DNA from: a virus
Length of the DNA stretch: 64,000 nucleotides
Virus record (IMG/VR): IMGVR_UViG_3300032174_000075
Location: 1 to 64,000 of that record
Reading direction: 5' to 3' (one strand)
Position numbers and translations under genes: made by a program. This document shows positions 7,875 through 17,715 of the stretch, one piece after another (position 1 is the stretch's first letter; the number at the start of each line of letters is the position of its first letter). A model generated the notes under the pieces. The model made no database searches. It was not told where the DNA came from and saw only the letters and a list, made by a program, of their open reading frames with translations.

Positions 7875-9386
7875 ATGGCGACCATCAATATCCAGGGCTC
7901 CAGTCTTGGGAATGCGCTCCAAGACCTCTTGATGGCGGATGACCTTGAACCGGGCGATGGTCCCGCCTACGCGACGTGCAAAGCTATATTCTCGTACCAT
8001 CCGCTCGGCCAGAAGATCGCCGACGCTCCGGTGGCCATGGCGATGAGTCAGGAAAGGAGAATCGCCGTCCCCGGAAGCCCCGAAGAGCGCGTCGTAGACA
8101 GGTTCAAGAGAACCTGGAAGGCGATGGGGATTGACCACCATATCTTCAACACGAAGCGGCTGTCACGGGTCTATGGCATCGCTTCCGTGGCGATGGTGGC
8201 GGATGGCGTAACCCCTAGCGAGCCGATAGAGTATGACCGGCTTCCTACTCTCAATCTCTCGTTCAACGTGATCGACCCGCTGAACTCGGCAGGCTCGTTA
8301 GTTCTCAGCCAGGACCCGAATGCGATAGACTTTCAAAAGCCGGGAGCGATTACAGTCAACGGCACGGCCTATCATCCTTCCCGCACCTGTACAGTGCTGA
8401 ACGAGGACCCGATCTATCTGGACTACACGCGCTCCGCCTTCGGGTACGTCGGGCGCTCGGTCTACCAACGGGCTCTATTCCCGCTCAAGAGCTTCATCAA
8501 CACCATGCAGACGGACGACATGGTGTCCCGCAAGGCGGGGCTGCTCATCGCGTTCATGAAGATGCCGGGCTCGATCATAGACGGCATTATGGCTGCGGTA
8601 GCGGGTGTCAAGCGTGCCCTTCTTCAGCAAGGCGTCACTGACAACGTTCTCTCCATGGGGAGTGAGGACAAGGTCGAGAGCCTGAATCTGCAGAACATTG
8701 ACGGCGCCTCTAGTGCAGCCCGCCGAAACATCCTGGAGAACATCGCCTCGGCTGTGCCCATGCCGGCGAAGCTTTTGCTTCAGGAAACCTTCGCAGAAGG
8801 CTTTGGCGAGGGCACCGAGGATGCAAAATACATCGCCCAATTTATCGACCGCATCCGTATCGAGATGCAGCCTCTCTACGACTACTTCGACCCTATCGTC
8901 ATGTACAGAGCATGGACGAAGGATTGGTACGAGACGATCCAGAAAGATTTTCCCGAAGAGTTCAGTGGGGTAGACTTCACGACGGCCTTCTACCGCTTCA
9001 AGAACGCATTCACGGCCGTGTGGCCGAACCTGCTTGAGGAGCCGGAAAGCGAGAAGGTCAAGATCGACGAAGTGCGACTGCGCGCGCTGATCTCGATTGT
9101 TCAGGTCCTCATTCCGAACCTCGATCAAGCAAACCGCGCAACCGTCATTCAAACAGCGCTCGACAACATCAACCAGAACAAGGTGCTGTTCCAATCTCCC
9201 TTCGTGCTGGATTACGATGCCTTGAAGAAGTACGAGCCTGCTGAAGCGGAATCCGATACCGGAAGCCCACGGCCCTATACAATCGCCGACAGCGATCCCG
9301 TCAGATCAGCCCTGGACAGCCTCTCGGCCTCTGTTGCAAGACTGCCGGATCGCCGCACAGCCCCCAAGCGGATCGCCGCGCAGTGA
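7875..9386 (+). CDS. portal protein (DUF1073 family)
   Basis: 503 aa after terL; HPLGQKIADAP, SRVYG, YHPSR, G.SVYQRA and F.EGTED motifs. Confidence 0.88.
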   Translation: MATINIQGSSLGNALQDLLMADDLEPGDGPAYATCKAIFSYHPLGQKIADAPVAMAMSQERRIAVPGSPEERVVDRFKRTWKAMGIDHHIFNTKRLSRVYGIASVAMVADGVTPSEPIEYDRLPTLNLSFNVIDPLNSAGSLVLSQDPNAIDFQKPGAITVNGTAYHPSRTCTVLNEDPIYLDYTRSAFGYVGRSVYQRALFPLKSFINTMQTDDMVSRKAGLLIAFMKMPGSIIDGIMAAVAGVKRALLQQGVTDNVLSMGSEDKVESLNLQNIDGASSAARRNILENIASAVPMPAKLLLQETFAEGFGEGTEDAKYIAQFIDRIRIEMQPLYDYFDPIVMYRAWTKDWYETIQKDFPEEFSGVDFTTAFYRFKNAFTAVWPNLLEEPESEKVKIDEVRLRALISIVQVLIPNLDQANRATVIQTALDNINQNKVLFQSPFVLDYDALKKYEPAEAESDTGSPRPYTIADSDPVRSALDSLSASVARLPDRRTAPKRIAAQ

Positions 9387-9595
9387 CGCTTGCGACCGAC
9401 ATGCACAAGTCGCTAGTGGCTGCAAACCGCGCGAACGAGTTGTACGGGTGCGCCATGCAGGTATTCCAGGCCAACGCACAGCGTTTCGAGTTCGCAGCCG
9501 CAGAAGAAGAGCGCCCCAATCTTCATGCGCTGCTGGATATCTACCTCGACCATTTCCTGGCGGCGAACAAAAGGATGGAAGTGGAGGGCCGCTAA
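9383..9595 (+). CDS. hypothetical protein
   Basis: 70 aa, GTGA overlap with the portal, abuts the next gene. Confidence 0.55.
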   Translation: MTLATDMHKSLVAANRANELYGCAMQVFQANAQRFEFAAAEEERPNLHALLDIYLDHFLAANKRMEVEGR

Positions 9596-10426
9596 ATGCC
9601 TTCCCGCGACGATCTCTACTCCACCATCACGGACGCCATAAACGATTTTGTCGAGAACGGCTTCACGTCGGCGGAGCGTCTGGCGTACTGGCAGCGCAAG
9701 ATCAAGGACGCAGCCAACCGCACGCTCAAGACACAAGCCCAAATGGAGCAAATGCTCCGGGACGTTCTGGCGGCATCCTATCGGCGGTATGTAGATCGCG
9801 GCGAGATTCTGAAGTTTCACCAAGGCGTAAAGCGATTTACGCTGGACATGGTCAAGCCACAGCTAAGGGCTGAACTGGACCGCCGCATTCTGGCCTCGGC
9901 TGATCTGATCAAGCTCAATCGCGACCAAGCTATTGCAAAAACGCTACGGCGGTTCTCTGGCTGGTCTACCTCGATTCCAAAGGGCGGGACCGACGTAGCG
10001 CAGCGGGCGAAGGTCAAAGAGGGAATCCGCAAGCCGCTTGTCTCGCTCCCGTTCGAGGAACGGCGCGTTCTCATAGATCAGGGGCATAAGCTCGTCGCTT
10101 CTATCAGCGATATAGTCGCCAAGGATGGCGGTGCAATCGCGGCAGTTTGGGAGCACGTCCACCAGGCGGGCTATGACGGACGGCCAGAGCATATCGCCAG
10201 AGACAGGCATGTATTTCTCGTCAAGGATTCGTGGGCTCACCAGAAGGGATTCGTGAAGCCTGGAAATGATGGCTACACGGATGAAGTTGATCAGCCCGCC
10301 CAAAAAATTAATTGCCGATGCCGTTGGCGCTGGGTCTACAATCTGCGCTCTGTCCCGGCTGGCATGCTGACGAAGAAAGGCGAGCTTGCGCTTGCCGAGG
10401 CGCGGGAAAAACTCAATGCCGCTTAG
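9596..10426 (+). CDS. head morphogenesis protein (MuF/SPP1 gp7-like)
   Basis: DQGHKL, R.EH..RD and terminal P...INCRC motifs. Confidence 0.85.
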   Translation: MPSRDDLYSTITDAINDFVENGFTSAERLAYWQRKIKDAANRTLKTQAQMEQMLRDVLAASYRRYVDRGEILKFHQGVKRFTLDMVKPQLRAELDRRILASADLIKLNRDQAIAKTLRRFSGWSTSIPKGGTDVAQRAKVKEGIRKPLVSLPFEERRVLIDQGHKLVASISDIVAKDGGAIAAVWEHVHQAGYDGRPEHIARDRHVFLVKDSWAHQKGFVKPGNDGYTDEVDQPAQKINCRCRWRWVYNLRSVPAGMLTKKGELALAEAREKLNAA

Positions 10427-10483
10427 CGTCGTTCACCCGGCAACAGCGAAGTGCGCGAAGATCGACGCGGATTTGGGTTGCGC

Positions 10484-11596
10484 ATGACTATTGCTGCGGG
10501 GGTGCTGTTTCTCACGCCTGGGGTGCCAAAGCCACGGGCTCTGTTCCTGAAGCGTGGTTCTGGAGGTGATTTTTCTGGGCACTGGTGCTTTCCCGGAGGA
10601 CGCCAAGAGGACGGCGAGACGATAGAACAGACTGCCGAGCGTGAGGCTGCGGAAGAAATCGGCTTCCTGCCGAAAGGGTCGCGAACGCCCCTCACGCGCT
10701 CGATATCAATGCCGGAAAGCCCGGCCCCACTCTCCGCTCCCAGCGCGGAGACAATGGCGGGCGAGGCTGTTGTCACCCCCCCGGCAGTCTCGCCCGTCGA
10801 TTACACGACCTTCCTGCAAAAAGTGCCGGAAGAGTTCGCACCGAAGGTCAACGGCGAGCATGTAGGCTGGGCTTGGGCGCCGGTAGACGAGCCTCCCCAG
10901 CCAATGCACCCGGGCTGCCAGATAGCTCTGGACCGCCTGACGATGGACGAGCTGGGCGTGGCAAGGGCGATGGCCGATGGACGGCTTACGAGCCCGCAGG
11001 CTTACGAGAACGTCACGCTTTTCGCCATTCGGATTACGGGAACCGGCCTGGCCTACCGCCGCGCGCATGACGAGTTCGTGTGGCGCGAGCCGGATATCTA
11101 CCTGAACGACGAGTTCCTAGCCCGCTGCAATGGGCTTCCGGTGATTTTCGAGCATCCGAAGAATGCCCTGCTCGACAGCAAAGAGTTCAACGACAGGATC
11201 ATAGGAACGGTCTTGCTGCCCTACATCATGAACAGCGAAGTGTGGGGCATCGCGAAGGTTTACGACCGCGCCGCCATCGCGATCATGATGGAAGACCGAG
11301 ACGATATCTCGACTTCTCCGGCTGTGTCGTGGCGGGATATTTCGGTCAACACCGTCGTCAAGACGGAAGACGGCTCAAAGCTTTTGATTGAAGGCAAGCC
11401 CTCCATCGTGGATCACATCGCGATCTGCTCGCCTAAGGGCGTGTGGGACAAAGGCGGAGATGCACAGGGCGTGCGTATTGATGCGCAGCGCACCACAAGG
11501 TCCAAGCCTATCGAGTTTCCTTCAGCAAAGCTCGATCTAGCGCTTTCAAAAGCGCGCAACCTCGCGCTCGATGAAGCGCTGCGCTCGTTCCGCTGA
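10484..11596 (+). CDS. NUDIX hydrolase fused to DUF2213 capsid-maturation protease
   Basis: Nudix box GGRQEDGETIEQTAEREAAEEIG; C-terminal AIRITGTG, P....HP, STSP, DHIAIC..GVWD; ATG 10484 preferred. Confidence 0.85.
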   Translation: MTIAAGVLFLTPGVPKPRALFLKRGSGGDFSGHWCFPGGRQEDGETIEQTAEREAAEEIGFLPKGSRTPLTRSISMPESPAPLSAPSAETMAGEAVVTPPAVSPVDYTTFLQKVPEEFAPKVNGEHVGWAWAPVDEPPQPMHPGCQIALDRLTMDELGVARAMADGRLTSPQAYENVTLFAIRITGTGLAYRRAHDEFVWREPDIYLNDEFLARCNGLPVIFEHPKNALLDSKEFNDRIIGTVLLPYIMNSEVWGIAKVYDRAAIAIMMEDRDDISTSPAVSWRDISVNTVVKTEDGSKLLIEGKPSIVDHIAICSPKGVWDKGGDAQGVRIDAQRTTRSKPIEFPSAKLDLALSKARNLALDEALRSFR

Positions 11597-11635
11597 GACG
11601 GGCAATCAATCCCAACCTGTCAGAAGGACATTGTC

Positions 11636-12481
11636 ATGACCGAAGAAGAAGAGAAAAAGGCCCGTGAGGATCGCGCCAAGGCCGACGCTGAGGCCGGCGA
11701 GAAGCTGGACAAGCTGCTGAGCCATATGGACTCGTTCGGTAGCCGCATGGACGCTATCGACAAGCGGCTTGACGCCTACGACGAAAAGGAAAAGGCCCGC
11801 ACCGACGCTGAAAGGGCGAAGGCCGATGCTGATGCAAAGGCGAAAGAAGACCCCGACAACATCGCGGCCGACAAGAAGCGCAAGGACGCGGAGGAAGCCG
11901 AGAAAAAGGCGTCCGAAGAGAAAGCTAAGGCCGACGCTGAGGCTGAGACCAAAGCCAAAGAGGAAGAAGAAAAGAAGCGCTCCGACGCGGCCCGTGCTGA
12001 TTCGGCCAGCTTCTCCGACATCAAGGCGGAGATTGCCGCCCTTAAGGCCCGCACGCCTCGCCTCATGACGGACGATGACCACGCTACGTTCTCGACCGTC
12101 CAGGCTCGCGCCGATGGCGTCTATCAGATGTTCGGGGGGCACGCTCCGCCGCCGATGCAGTCGGAGGACTTGAACGCCTACCGTCTGCGGCTTGCCAGCG
12201 CTTTCCAGAGCCATTCTCCCAGGTGGAAGGACGCCAATCTCGTCAAGGTGGCCGTGGACTCCACCACGCTCACCAATGCGGAAGACGATATCTACGAGGC
12301 TGCCCGCCGTGCGGCGCTCGACCCTGCGGACGTTCCCGAAGGCCGCGAGCGCGTAGTCACGCGCGTAGACCGCGAGACGAACCGGCGCACCCTTGAGTTC
12401 GCCCGCAAGGACAGCTTCGTGAAGGACTTCGGCCTACCGCCCCAGTACATCACGAAGTTCATCACTGAACGCCCCAACTAA
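11636..12481 (+). CDS. capsid scaffolding protein (putative)
   Basis: Highly charged KADAE repeats, between protease and capsid genes. Confidence 0.7.
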   Translation: MTEEEEKKAREDRAKADAEAGEKLDKLLSHMDSFGSRMDAIDKRLDAYDEKEKARTDAERAKADADAKAKEDPDNIAADKKRKDAEEAEKKASEEKAKADAEAETKAKEEEEKKRSDAARADSASFSDIKAEIAALKARTPRLMTDDDHATFSTVQARADGVYQMFGGHAPPPMQSEDLNAYRLRLASAFQSHSPRWKDANLVKVAVDSTTLTNAEDDIYEAARRAALDPADVPEGRERVVTRVDRETNRRTLEFARKDSFVKDFGLPPQYITKFITERPN

Positions 12482-12495
12482 AGGAACCATACCCC

Positions 12496-13398
12496 ATGGT
12501 CGCGAATCCTGCTTTCAACCCGTACACTCAGACGAATGCGACGGGCTCCTTCAACATCTCCGCCTCGGGCTTGGTTCAGGGCACGGCGATGGACGATCCC
12601 GCCACCCGCTACAGGCTCGCGGGCGGCTATCTCGCCACGGCTGAAACGCTTCCCATGTGGGGCGGCGTCGGTATCAGCGAATTGGTGCCCGCGCAGAACG
12701 TGTCTCCGTTCCCGCCCAATGCCACGCTCGGCGGCGCCATCTCGCGTGCGACAACGCTCACCGCGCAGGCGGCGGGGCAGCTCACCGGATTTTCGGTCTT
12801 CGACCAGAACTACTCGGCCGTGCAGTCTCCGCAATCTCCGGTTCCGCTCGTCGGCACGGGGGCGACGCTCAATTTCTACCGCCTCGGCTCACTCGCGCGC
12901 GTCAATCTCGCATGCGACCCGTCGCTTGTGTCTCTCGACGGCGGGCTGATCACGCAGCTTGTCTCGTGGGACTTCACCAACCAGCGCCTCATTCCGTATT
13001 CTGCGACCTATCCGCAGACGACGATCACGGGCGCGGTTTGGGCGAGCACGGCTGGCGGACAGACCACATTCACGGTCGGAACCGATCTCACCTCGTACAT
13101 CAATGCCGGCGACGACATTCAGGTGTCCGGCGTGGTTTCGACAGGCGGAACCGGCGTCGGCTTCAACGGCTCGTTCACGGTGGTTTCGATCACTTCGACA
13201 ACCATTGTCGTCACGCAGGCTGCGGCGTCGTCTCCGGGCACCTATTCGTCCGGCGGCATCGTCGTTGCCGGCGGCGGTGCATTGCCCGTGAAGATTCTTC
13301 GTGTCTCGGTCGGCGATTGCATGACCGTCAACTACAATTCGACCAGCGGTTTCGCGACCTGGAACTACCAGGGCTCGTGCGCCACGGTCCAGATTTAA
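12496..13398 (+). CDS. head decoration/cement protein with an inserted beta domain
   Basis: G.VQG.A.DDPA.R..L.GG and PMWGGV.I.E motifs, directly before the capsid gene. Confidence 0.7.
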   Translation: MVANPAFNPYTQTNATGSFNISASGLVQGTAMDDPATRYRLAGGYLATAETLPMWGGVGISELVPAQNVSPFPPNATLGGAISRATTLTAQAAGQLTGFSVFDQNYSAVQSPQSPVPLVGTGATLNFYRLGSLARVNLACDPSLVSLDGGLITQLVSWDFTNQRLIPYSATYPQTTITGAVWASTAGGQTTFTVGTDLTSYINAGDDIQVSGVVSTGGTGVGFNGSFTVVSITSTTIVVTQAAASSPGTYSSGGIVVAGGGALPVKILRVSVGDCMTVNYNSTSGFATWNYQGSCATVQI

Positions 13399-13416
13399 GA
13401 ACCAGGAGAAACGGCA

Positions 13417-14436
13417 ATGCCCAATATCGCTCCGGCCTATGTCACGATCAACCCGTCCTTCACAATGCCGGAGCTGCTGTTGCCATACAGCCAAGCCTCC
13501 GGTGCGTTCGATCTTCTGCCCGATGGGCAGCCGCTTGTGCGCCTTTCGGAAGGCGATCTCGTGGCCTACATCAATCGCATTGATCTTCGCACGCGCATGG
13601 CGTCCGGCCAGTCGGCATACAACGAACTGCCGTCCGTCACGCCCGTGCTGTCGCAGATCAGCGCTCCGTCCTACCTGCTTCGCGTTCGCGCGGAGTACGA
13701 CCATCACGACACGGCCGCGATGAGCCGTCGTGGAGTGAGCATCGTCGAGGCCCAGCGTCTCGGCATGCGGCAGGGCCACTTCCAGCTTCTTCGCACGATG
13801 CTCCTGGACGGCATGAACCCCGCCAACGGCGAGGGCCTGCTGAACACGAACGGCGCCACGGCGACGACGCTCCCGGCCGATTCCAACGGCAACACGACCG
13901 TGCTGACCTACGACAACGGCCAGATGGCCTTCTATCTTGCCCAGCAGATTCAGGCGCTCAAGTCGCGCACCAATCAGCTTGGCATCGGCAAGGAGTTCAC
14001 CATCCTTGGCCCGCAGCGCACCCTCGGCACGTTCGAGTACAACGTCGTCCAACTCACGCAGTATCAGCGCGTGGGCGCGGGCACGGCCTCGACCGCTGGG
14101 ACCGTCAAGGAAATCCTGATGGCAAACGGCGACAAGATCGCCTGGTGCTATGACGATACCTTGATCGGCAAGGGCGCCGGCGGAACCGACGCGGTCATCA
14201 TCTGCATGCCCAAGGTGACGAAGCCGAACGGCGGCACGATCAACACCAACGAGTTCGCCAAGCTTGCGCCGGGCCTGGAAGCGTGTACGCTTCAGCTTTG
14301 CGACATGGCGGCGCCGCGTGAAATCCCGACTCCGATCCCGGGCGGCGCCATCGACATCGTGAGCGAACTGCGCGCTACGTCAGGCTGGGGCGTTCGCGGC
14401 GAAGCGGTGACGATCATCAGCATGGCGTACTCGTAA
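13417..14436 (+). CDS. major capsid protein
   Basis: 339 aa, strong RBS, highly biased codons, GEGLLN motif, position in head operon. Confidence 0.8.
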   Translation: MPNIAPAYVTINPSFTMPELLLPYSQASGAFDLLPDGQPLVRLSEGDLVAYINRIDLRTRMASGQSAYNELPSVTPVLSQISAPSYLLRVRAEYDHHDTAAMSRRGVSIVEAQRLGMRQGHFQLLRTMLLDGMNPANGEGLLNTNGATATTLPADSNGNTTVLTYDNGQMAFYLAQQIQALKSRTNQLGIGKEFTILGPQRTLGTFEYNVVQLTQYQRVGAGTASTAGTVKEILMANGDKIAWCYDDTLIGKGAGGTDAVIICMPKVTKPNGGTINTNEFAKLAPGLEACTLQLCDMAAPREIPTPIPGGAIDIVSELRATSGWGVRGEAVTIISMAYS

Positions 14437-14463
14437 GAGCCAACCCAAGGAGGGTAACCCCGA

Positions 14464-15000
14464 ATGTCTACCTTGTACGTCGCCAACGCGACGAAGCACT
14501 ACCAGGAAATCGTGTACCGGCTTCCCGAGACGCCCGGCGCACGGCGCCAGACCTTGCGTCCCGGAGGGCAAGTCGGAATCCGCGATCTGTCCACCTTGGA
14601 TGTAGAGGCCATCATTCGCCAGAACGTCCCTTATGGCTGGACGGATGTTTCGGCGGTGGACCGCGTGAAGCCCTTTGTCGGCATCGTCTATTCGGCCGAC
14701 AAGCCGGTCAAGGCGGACAAGATCGAAGGCGTGATGGAGCACAACCTGGGAGTCCTGGTCAATCGAGGGCGCCAGAACCGCGAGATGGCGGCGGTTGCCA
14801 CGAACGACATGCTTGAGCGCCAGTTCGAAGCAACGAACATCGCCGACCTCAAGTCCATGGTGATGACCATTGAGGAAGAGGACACCAAGACGCACAGCGC
14901 GGAACTGTCCGAACACTTCACGGTGGATCGGCATGCGGAAGCGGCGCGAACGGAAAGCCAGCGCCCGAAACGCGCAGCCCACGGCGGCGGGCGGAAGTAA
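14464..15000 (+). CDS. hypothetical virion-associated protein
   Basis: LYVANAT N-terminus, RBS, follows capsid gene. Confidence 0.65.
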   Translation: MSTLYVANATKHYQEIVYRLPETPGARRQTLRPGGQVGIRDLSTLDVEAIIRQNVPYGWTDVSAVDRVKPFVGIVYSADKPVKADKIEGVMEHNLGVLVNRGRQNREMAAVATNDMLERQFEATNIADLKSMVMTIEEEDTKTHSAELSEHFTVDRHAEAARTESQRPKRAAHGGGRK

Positions 15001-15522
15001 GTGGCGCTTGTAGGCCCCACCTATGCCGGGTTTGTTGTTTTCCTGAGAACCGTTGTCGGAATCTCGACCTCTGTTCTGCCCGATAGCGCTCCCGTCATTC
15101 CTGTGGCCTACAGCGTTGCTTTACAGACGGTCAATCCGCAATTGGCTATGGTGGCTTGCGCGCTTCCTGGTGCTCCACTCCCGGACAATACGCCGTCCAT
15201 GTATGCGCTTGCGGTGTACAATCTCGGCGCGGACAACATCATCAATTACGCTCCGGATGTTTCCCCGCCAGTGGCGTACAATGCAGCGGACAACAAGGAC
15301 AACTTGCCCTACTTCGCGTACTTCCGGGCTAAGTGGAAGTGCCTCGATTTTGTCTCTGGTGTCGTCCAGTCGAGCGGAGACGAAGGAACGAACGTTGGAC
15401 TTGTCGTGCCGGAGCAGATGAAAGAGTTGACGCTTGGGAATTTAGCCAATTTGAAAACTCCTTATGGGAGGCGGTACTTGGGAATTGCACAGTCTGTCGG
15501 CACGAACTGGGGGCTGACGTGA
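15001..15522 (+). CDS. head-tail adaptor (DUF4054-like)
   Basis: YALAVYNLG, GVVQSSGDEG and KTPYGRRYL motifs. Confidence 0.7.
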   Translation: MALVGPTYAGFVVFLRTVVGISTSVLPDSAPVIPVAYSVALQTVNPQLAMVACALPGAPLPDNTPSMYALAVYNLGADNIINYAPDVSPPVAYNAADNKDNLPYFAYFRAKWKCLDFVSGVVQSSGDEGTNVGLVVPEQMKELTLGNLANLKTPYGRRYLGIAQSVGTNWGLT

Positions 15523-16010
15523 CGGTGCTTCGCTTGGGGGTAATCGACATTCCCTATGCGAACGCATCCGAGGAGACAGGAAAGCAGCGCTCCGCCAGAT
15601 TGCGCAAGGGCAAGACCGCTCCGAAGATGAAGTCGGAAAGCATCACGACCGGGGACGTGGCGGAGATTCTGGAAGCCAAGTATCACCCGATAGAAATCTA
15701 TTGGGAACTGCACGGGCAAGCGGTTGCGGACAAGATGACTGAAGGCCTTGTCGGCGCAATGGAGAATCTTCTATCCGGCGCACCTTTGGGTGGTAGCCCA
15801 TTCGCGGAAGCCGAAGAGCATATCGACTCCGGGTACAAGGAGTTCATCAATTCCGGGGAGCTCGACCGTCTCGGCTATCCCGGCCTGCCGACGAAAGCCG
15901 CGATCAAAGGTGTCAGCCACCGTTTCAAGAAGAAGCGCGGCGGACAGAGGCCGAGCCTCGTAGACACAGGCCTGTACGTTGCAGCGTTCAAGTCCGAGAT
16001 TGAAGAGTAA
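15519..16010 (+). CDS. neck/tail-completion protein
   Basis: GTG overlapping the previous stop; LGVIDIPY, TTGDVAEILEAKY, RPSLVDTGLY. Confidence 0.7.
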   Translation: MTVLRLGVIDIPYANASEETGKQRSARLRKGKTAPKMKSESITTGDVAEILEAKYHPIEIYWELHGQAVADKMTEGLVGAMENLLSGAPLGGSPFAEAEEHIDSGYKEFINSGELDRLGYPGLPTKAAIKGVSHRFKKKRGGQRPSLVDTGLYVAAFKSEIEE

Positions 16011-17048
16011 ATGTCCTCCATCGGAGAGGCGGGACTACAACAAGCGACGCAAATGCATGCGGCCCTAAGCGAGGGCTTGGATGCAGTCTCGAACTTCCAG
16101 AAGGTCACATTCGAACAATATGTTCGCCTGATTCTGCCGATGGACGGGTCGGTCTTCTGGGTGAAGTCGGCGCTCTTGTGCGATCAGATGCTATTCTCCG
16201 CCTATCGGTTCAATGCGGCGGCACTTCAGGAAGCGGCATCGTCTCGCACATCGTCAAAGCTTGTCGTCGCCGAGGGCGATTTGCACTACGCGACGCAGAA
16301 CACGCAGGGCGAGAGCGACGCGGACGTTATGAACCGGGTCGTATTCACGTCGAAAACGCTTATCGAGGGCCTTCAGGAAGTCGGCCCCTACGTCACGTAC
16401 ATGGCGGAAATCGACGGCATAAGGTTCGCGTTCTCATCCCGTGGGCAGCTTCAGCAGAATGCCGACCTCTATCACTACGTCGGCACCGCCGTTTACGCCA
16501 CGATGGATACACAGGTCATAGACAATCCAGGGGAATTGGACGTTCAAAACGTCGTGGTCTCCAATAGCCTGCCGATCTTCCTTGCCATGAACTACTACGT
16601 GCCGGAAGTGTATGAGGACTTCGGCAACCTGACGCTCCCGATCTATCCGTCCTACTTGGTTCCGAACAATCTGCCGCCGCCGTTCGCGGCCGTGCATATC
16701 GAGCCCTGGGCAACCGAGGCATTGGCGAGTGCGCCGCTTCTGGACAGCACGCTTTCGCATTCGCAGCTTGCACGGGACCGCGTGAAGATCACGCTTTACG
16801 GCAAACGCAATGGCGATGCGCAGGACTTCATGGACTTCCTCTTTCAGCAGTCCATCAATTACGATCAGTTCGGCATGATGGGCCTGCCTATCCTTCGAGA
16901 TGAGAAGAAGACCCAGGTGGAGCTAGGAACCGTGGCGCAGAAGAAGTCGTTCGAGTTCGATATCTCCTACTACCAGACGCGGGCACGAGACATCGCCCGC
17001 CAATTGATCGAAAGTGCCCCTGTCACGGCGCTGGGCAACCCCCTCTAA
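16011..17048 (+). CDS. head-closure/tail-terminator-type structural protein
   Basis: 345 aa, coupled to neighbours, before the sheath gene. Confidence 0.55.
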   Translation: MSSIGEAGLQQATQMHAALSEGLDAVSNFQKVTFEQYVRLILPMDGSVFWVKSALLCDQMLFSAYRFNAAALQEAASSRTSSKLVVAEGDLHYATQNTQGESDADVMNRVVFTSKTLIEGLQEVGPYVTYMAEIDGIRFAFSSRGQLQQNADLYHYVGTAVYATMDTQVIDNPGELDVQNVVVSNSLPIFLAMNYYVPEVYEDFGNLTLPIYPSYLVPNNLPPPFAAVHIEPWATEALASAPLLDSTLSHSQLARDRVKITLYGKRNGDAQDFMDFLFQQSINYDQFGMMGLPILRDEKKTQVELGTVAQKKSFEFDISYYQTRARDIARQLIESAPVTALGNPL

Positions 17049-17069
17049 AATTCCAAGGAGTCTTACGTC

Positions 17070-17681
17070 ATGTCGCAGAACCCCATCGCGGCGCTGATCT
17101 ATGCGCTGTTGCCAACGAATGTTTCCGCTCCGCTTCACGCCGATGCACAGGGCGCAATCGCCGCGTCGGAAGCGCACGGCAACATCTATACGCCGACCAA
17201 AGCCGGGCGGGTGATGATGGGCGCGAACCAGACTGGCGCGACGACTTCCGCCGCTCTGGCAACGACCTACACAGGCCTGTGCCTGTCCAATCCGGCGGCG
17301 AGCGGGGTCAATCTCTCGCTGCTGCGCGTGAACGTCTCGCTCAACGTCGCACCAGCGGCGCTGACGGCATTCGGCCTGATCGCGGGCTATGCAGCGGGCG
17401 GCGTTACCGTTCACACGACGCCGATCACGCCGTTCAACTCGTTCCTGAACGGCACTGCCCCGCTCGCCAAACTCGACGCGGCGTGTACGCTTGTCGGAAC
17501 CGCAGCCTGGGCGCGCTGGCTCGGCGAGACACCGGCTACCACGTCCGTCACGACGTTCAGCGACATGACCAACGGCGGAATCATCATCCCGCCGGGTGGA
17601 TACGTTGCCATCGGCACGACGATTGCCGGTCCAACCGCAGGGCTGCTCGCGTCGTTCCAGTGGGAAGAATGCCCTCAATGA
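17070..17681 (+). CDS. hypothetical beta-rich structural protein
   Basis: 203 aa, T/A/G-rich, strong RBS AAGGAG. Confidence 0.6.
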   Translation: MSQNPIAALIYALLPTNVSAPLHADAQGAIAASEAHGNIYTPTKAGRVMMGANQTGATTSAALATTYTGLCLSNPAASGVNLSLLRVNVSLNVAPAALTAFGLIAGYAAGGVTVHTTPITPFNSFLNGTAPLAKLDAACTLVGTAAWARWLGETPATTSVTTFSDMTNGGIIIPPGGYVAIGTTIAGPTAGLLASFQWEECPQ

Positions 17682-17715
17682 GCCACCCGCTTAAGGGCCG
17701 CAAGGAAATCTCCGC

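Noticed and set aside
7875-9386. Anti-CBASS Acb1 (a label often attached to DUF1073 proteins)
   Set aside because: Size, position after terL and motifs fit a portal; no paired HxT/S phosphoesterase motifs recognised
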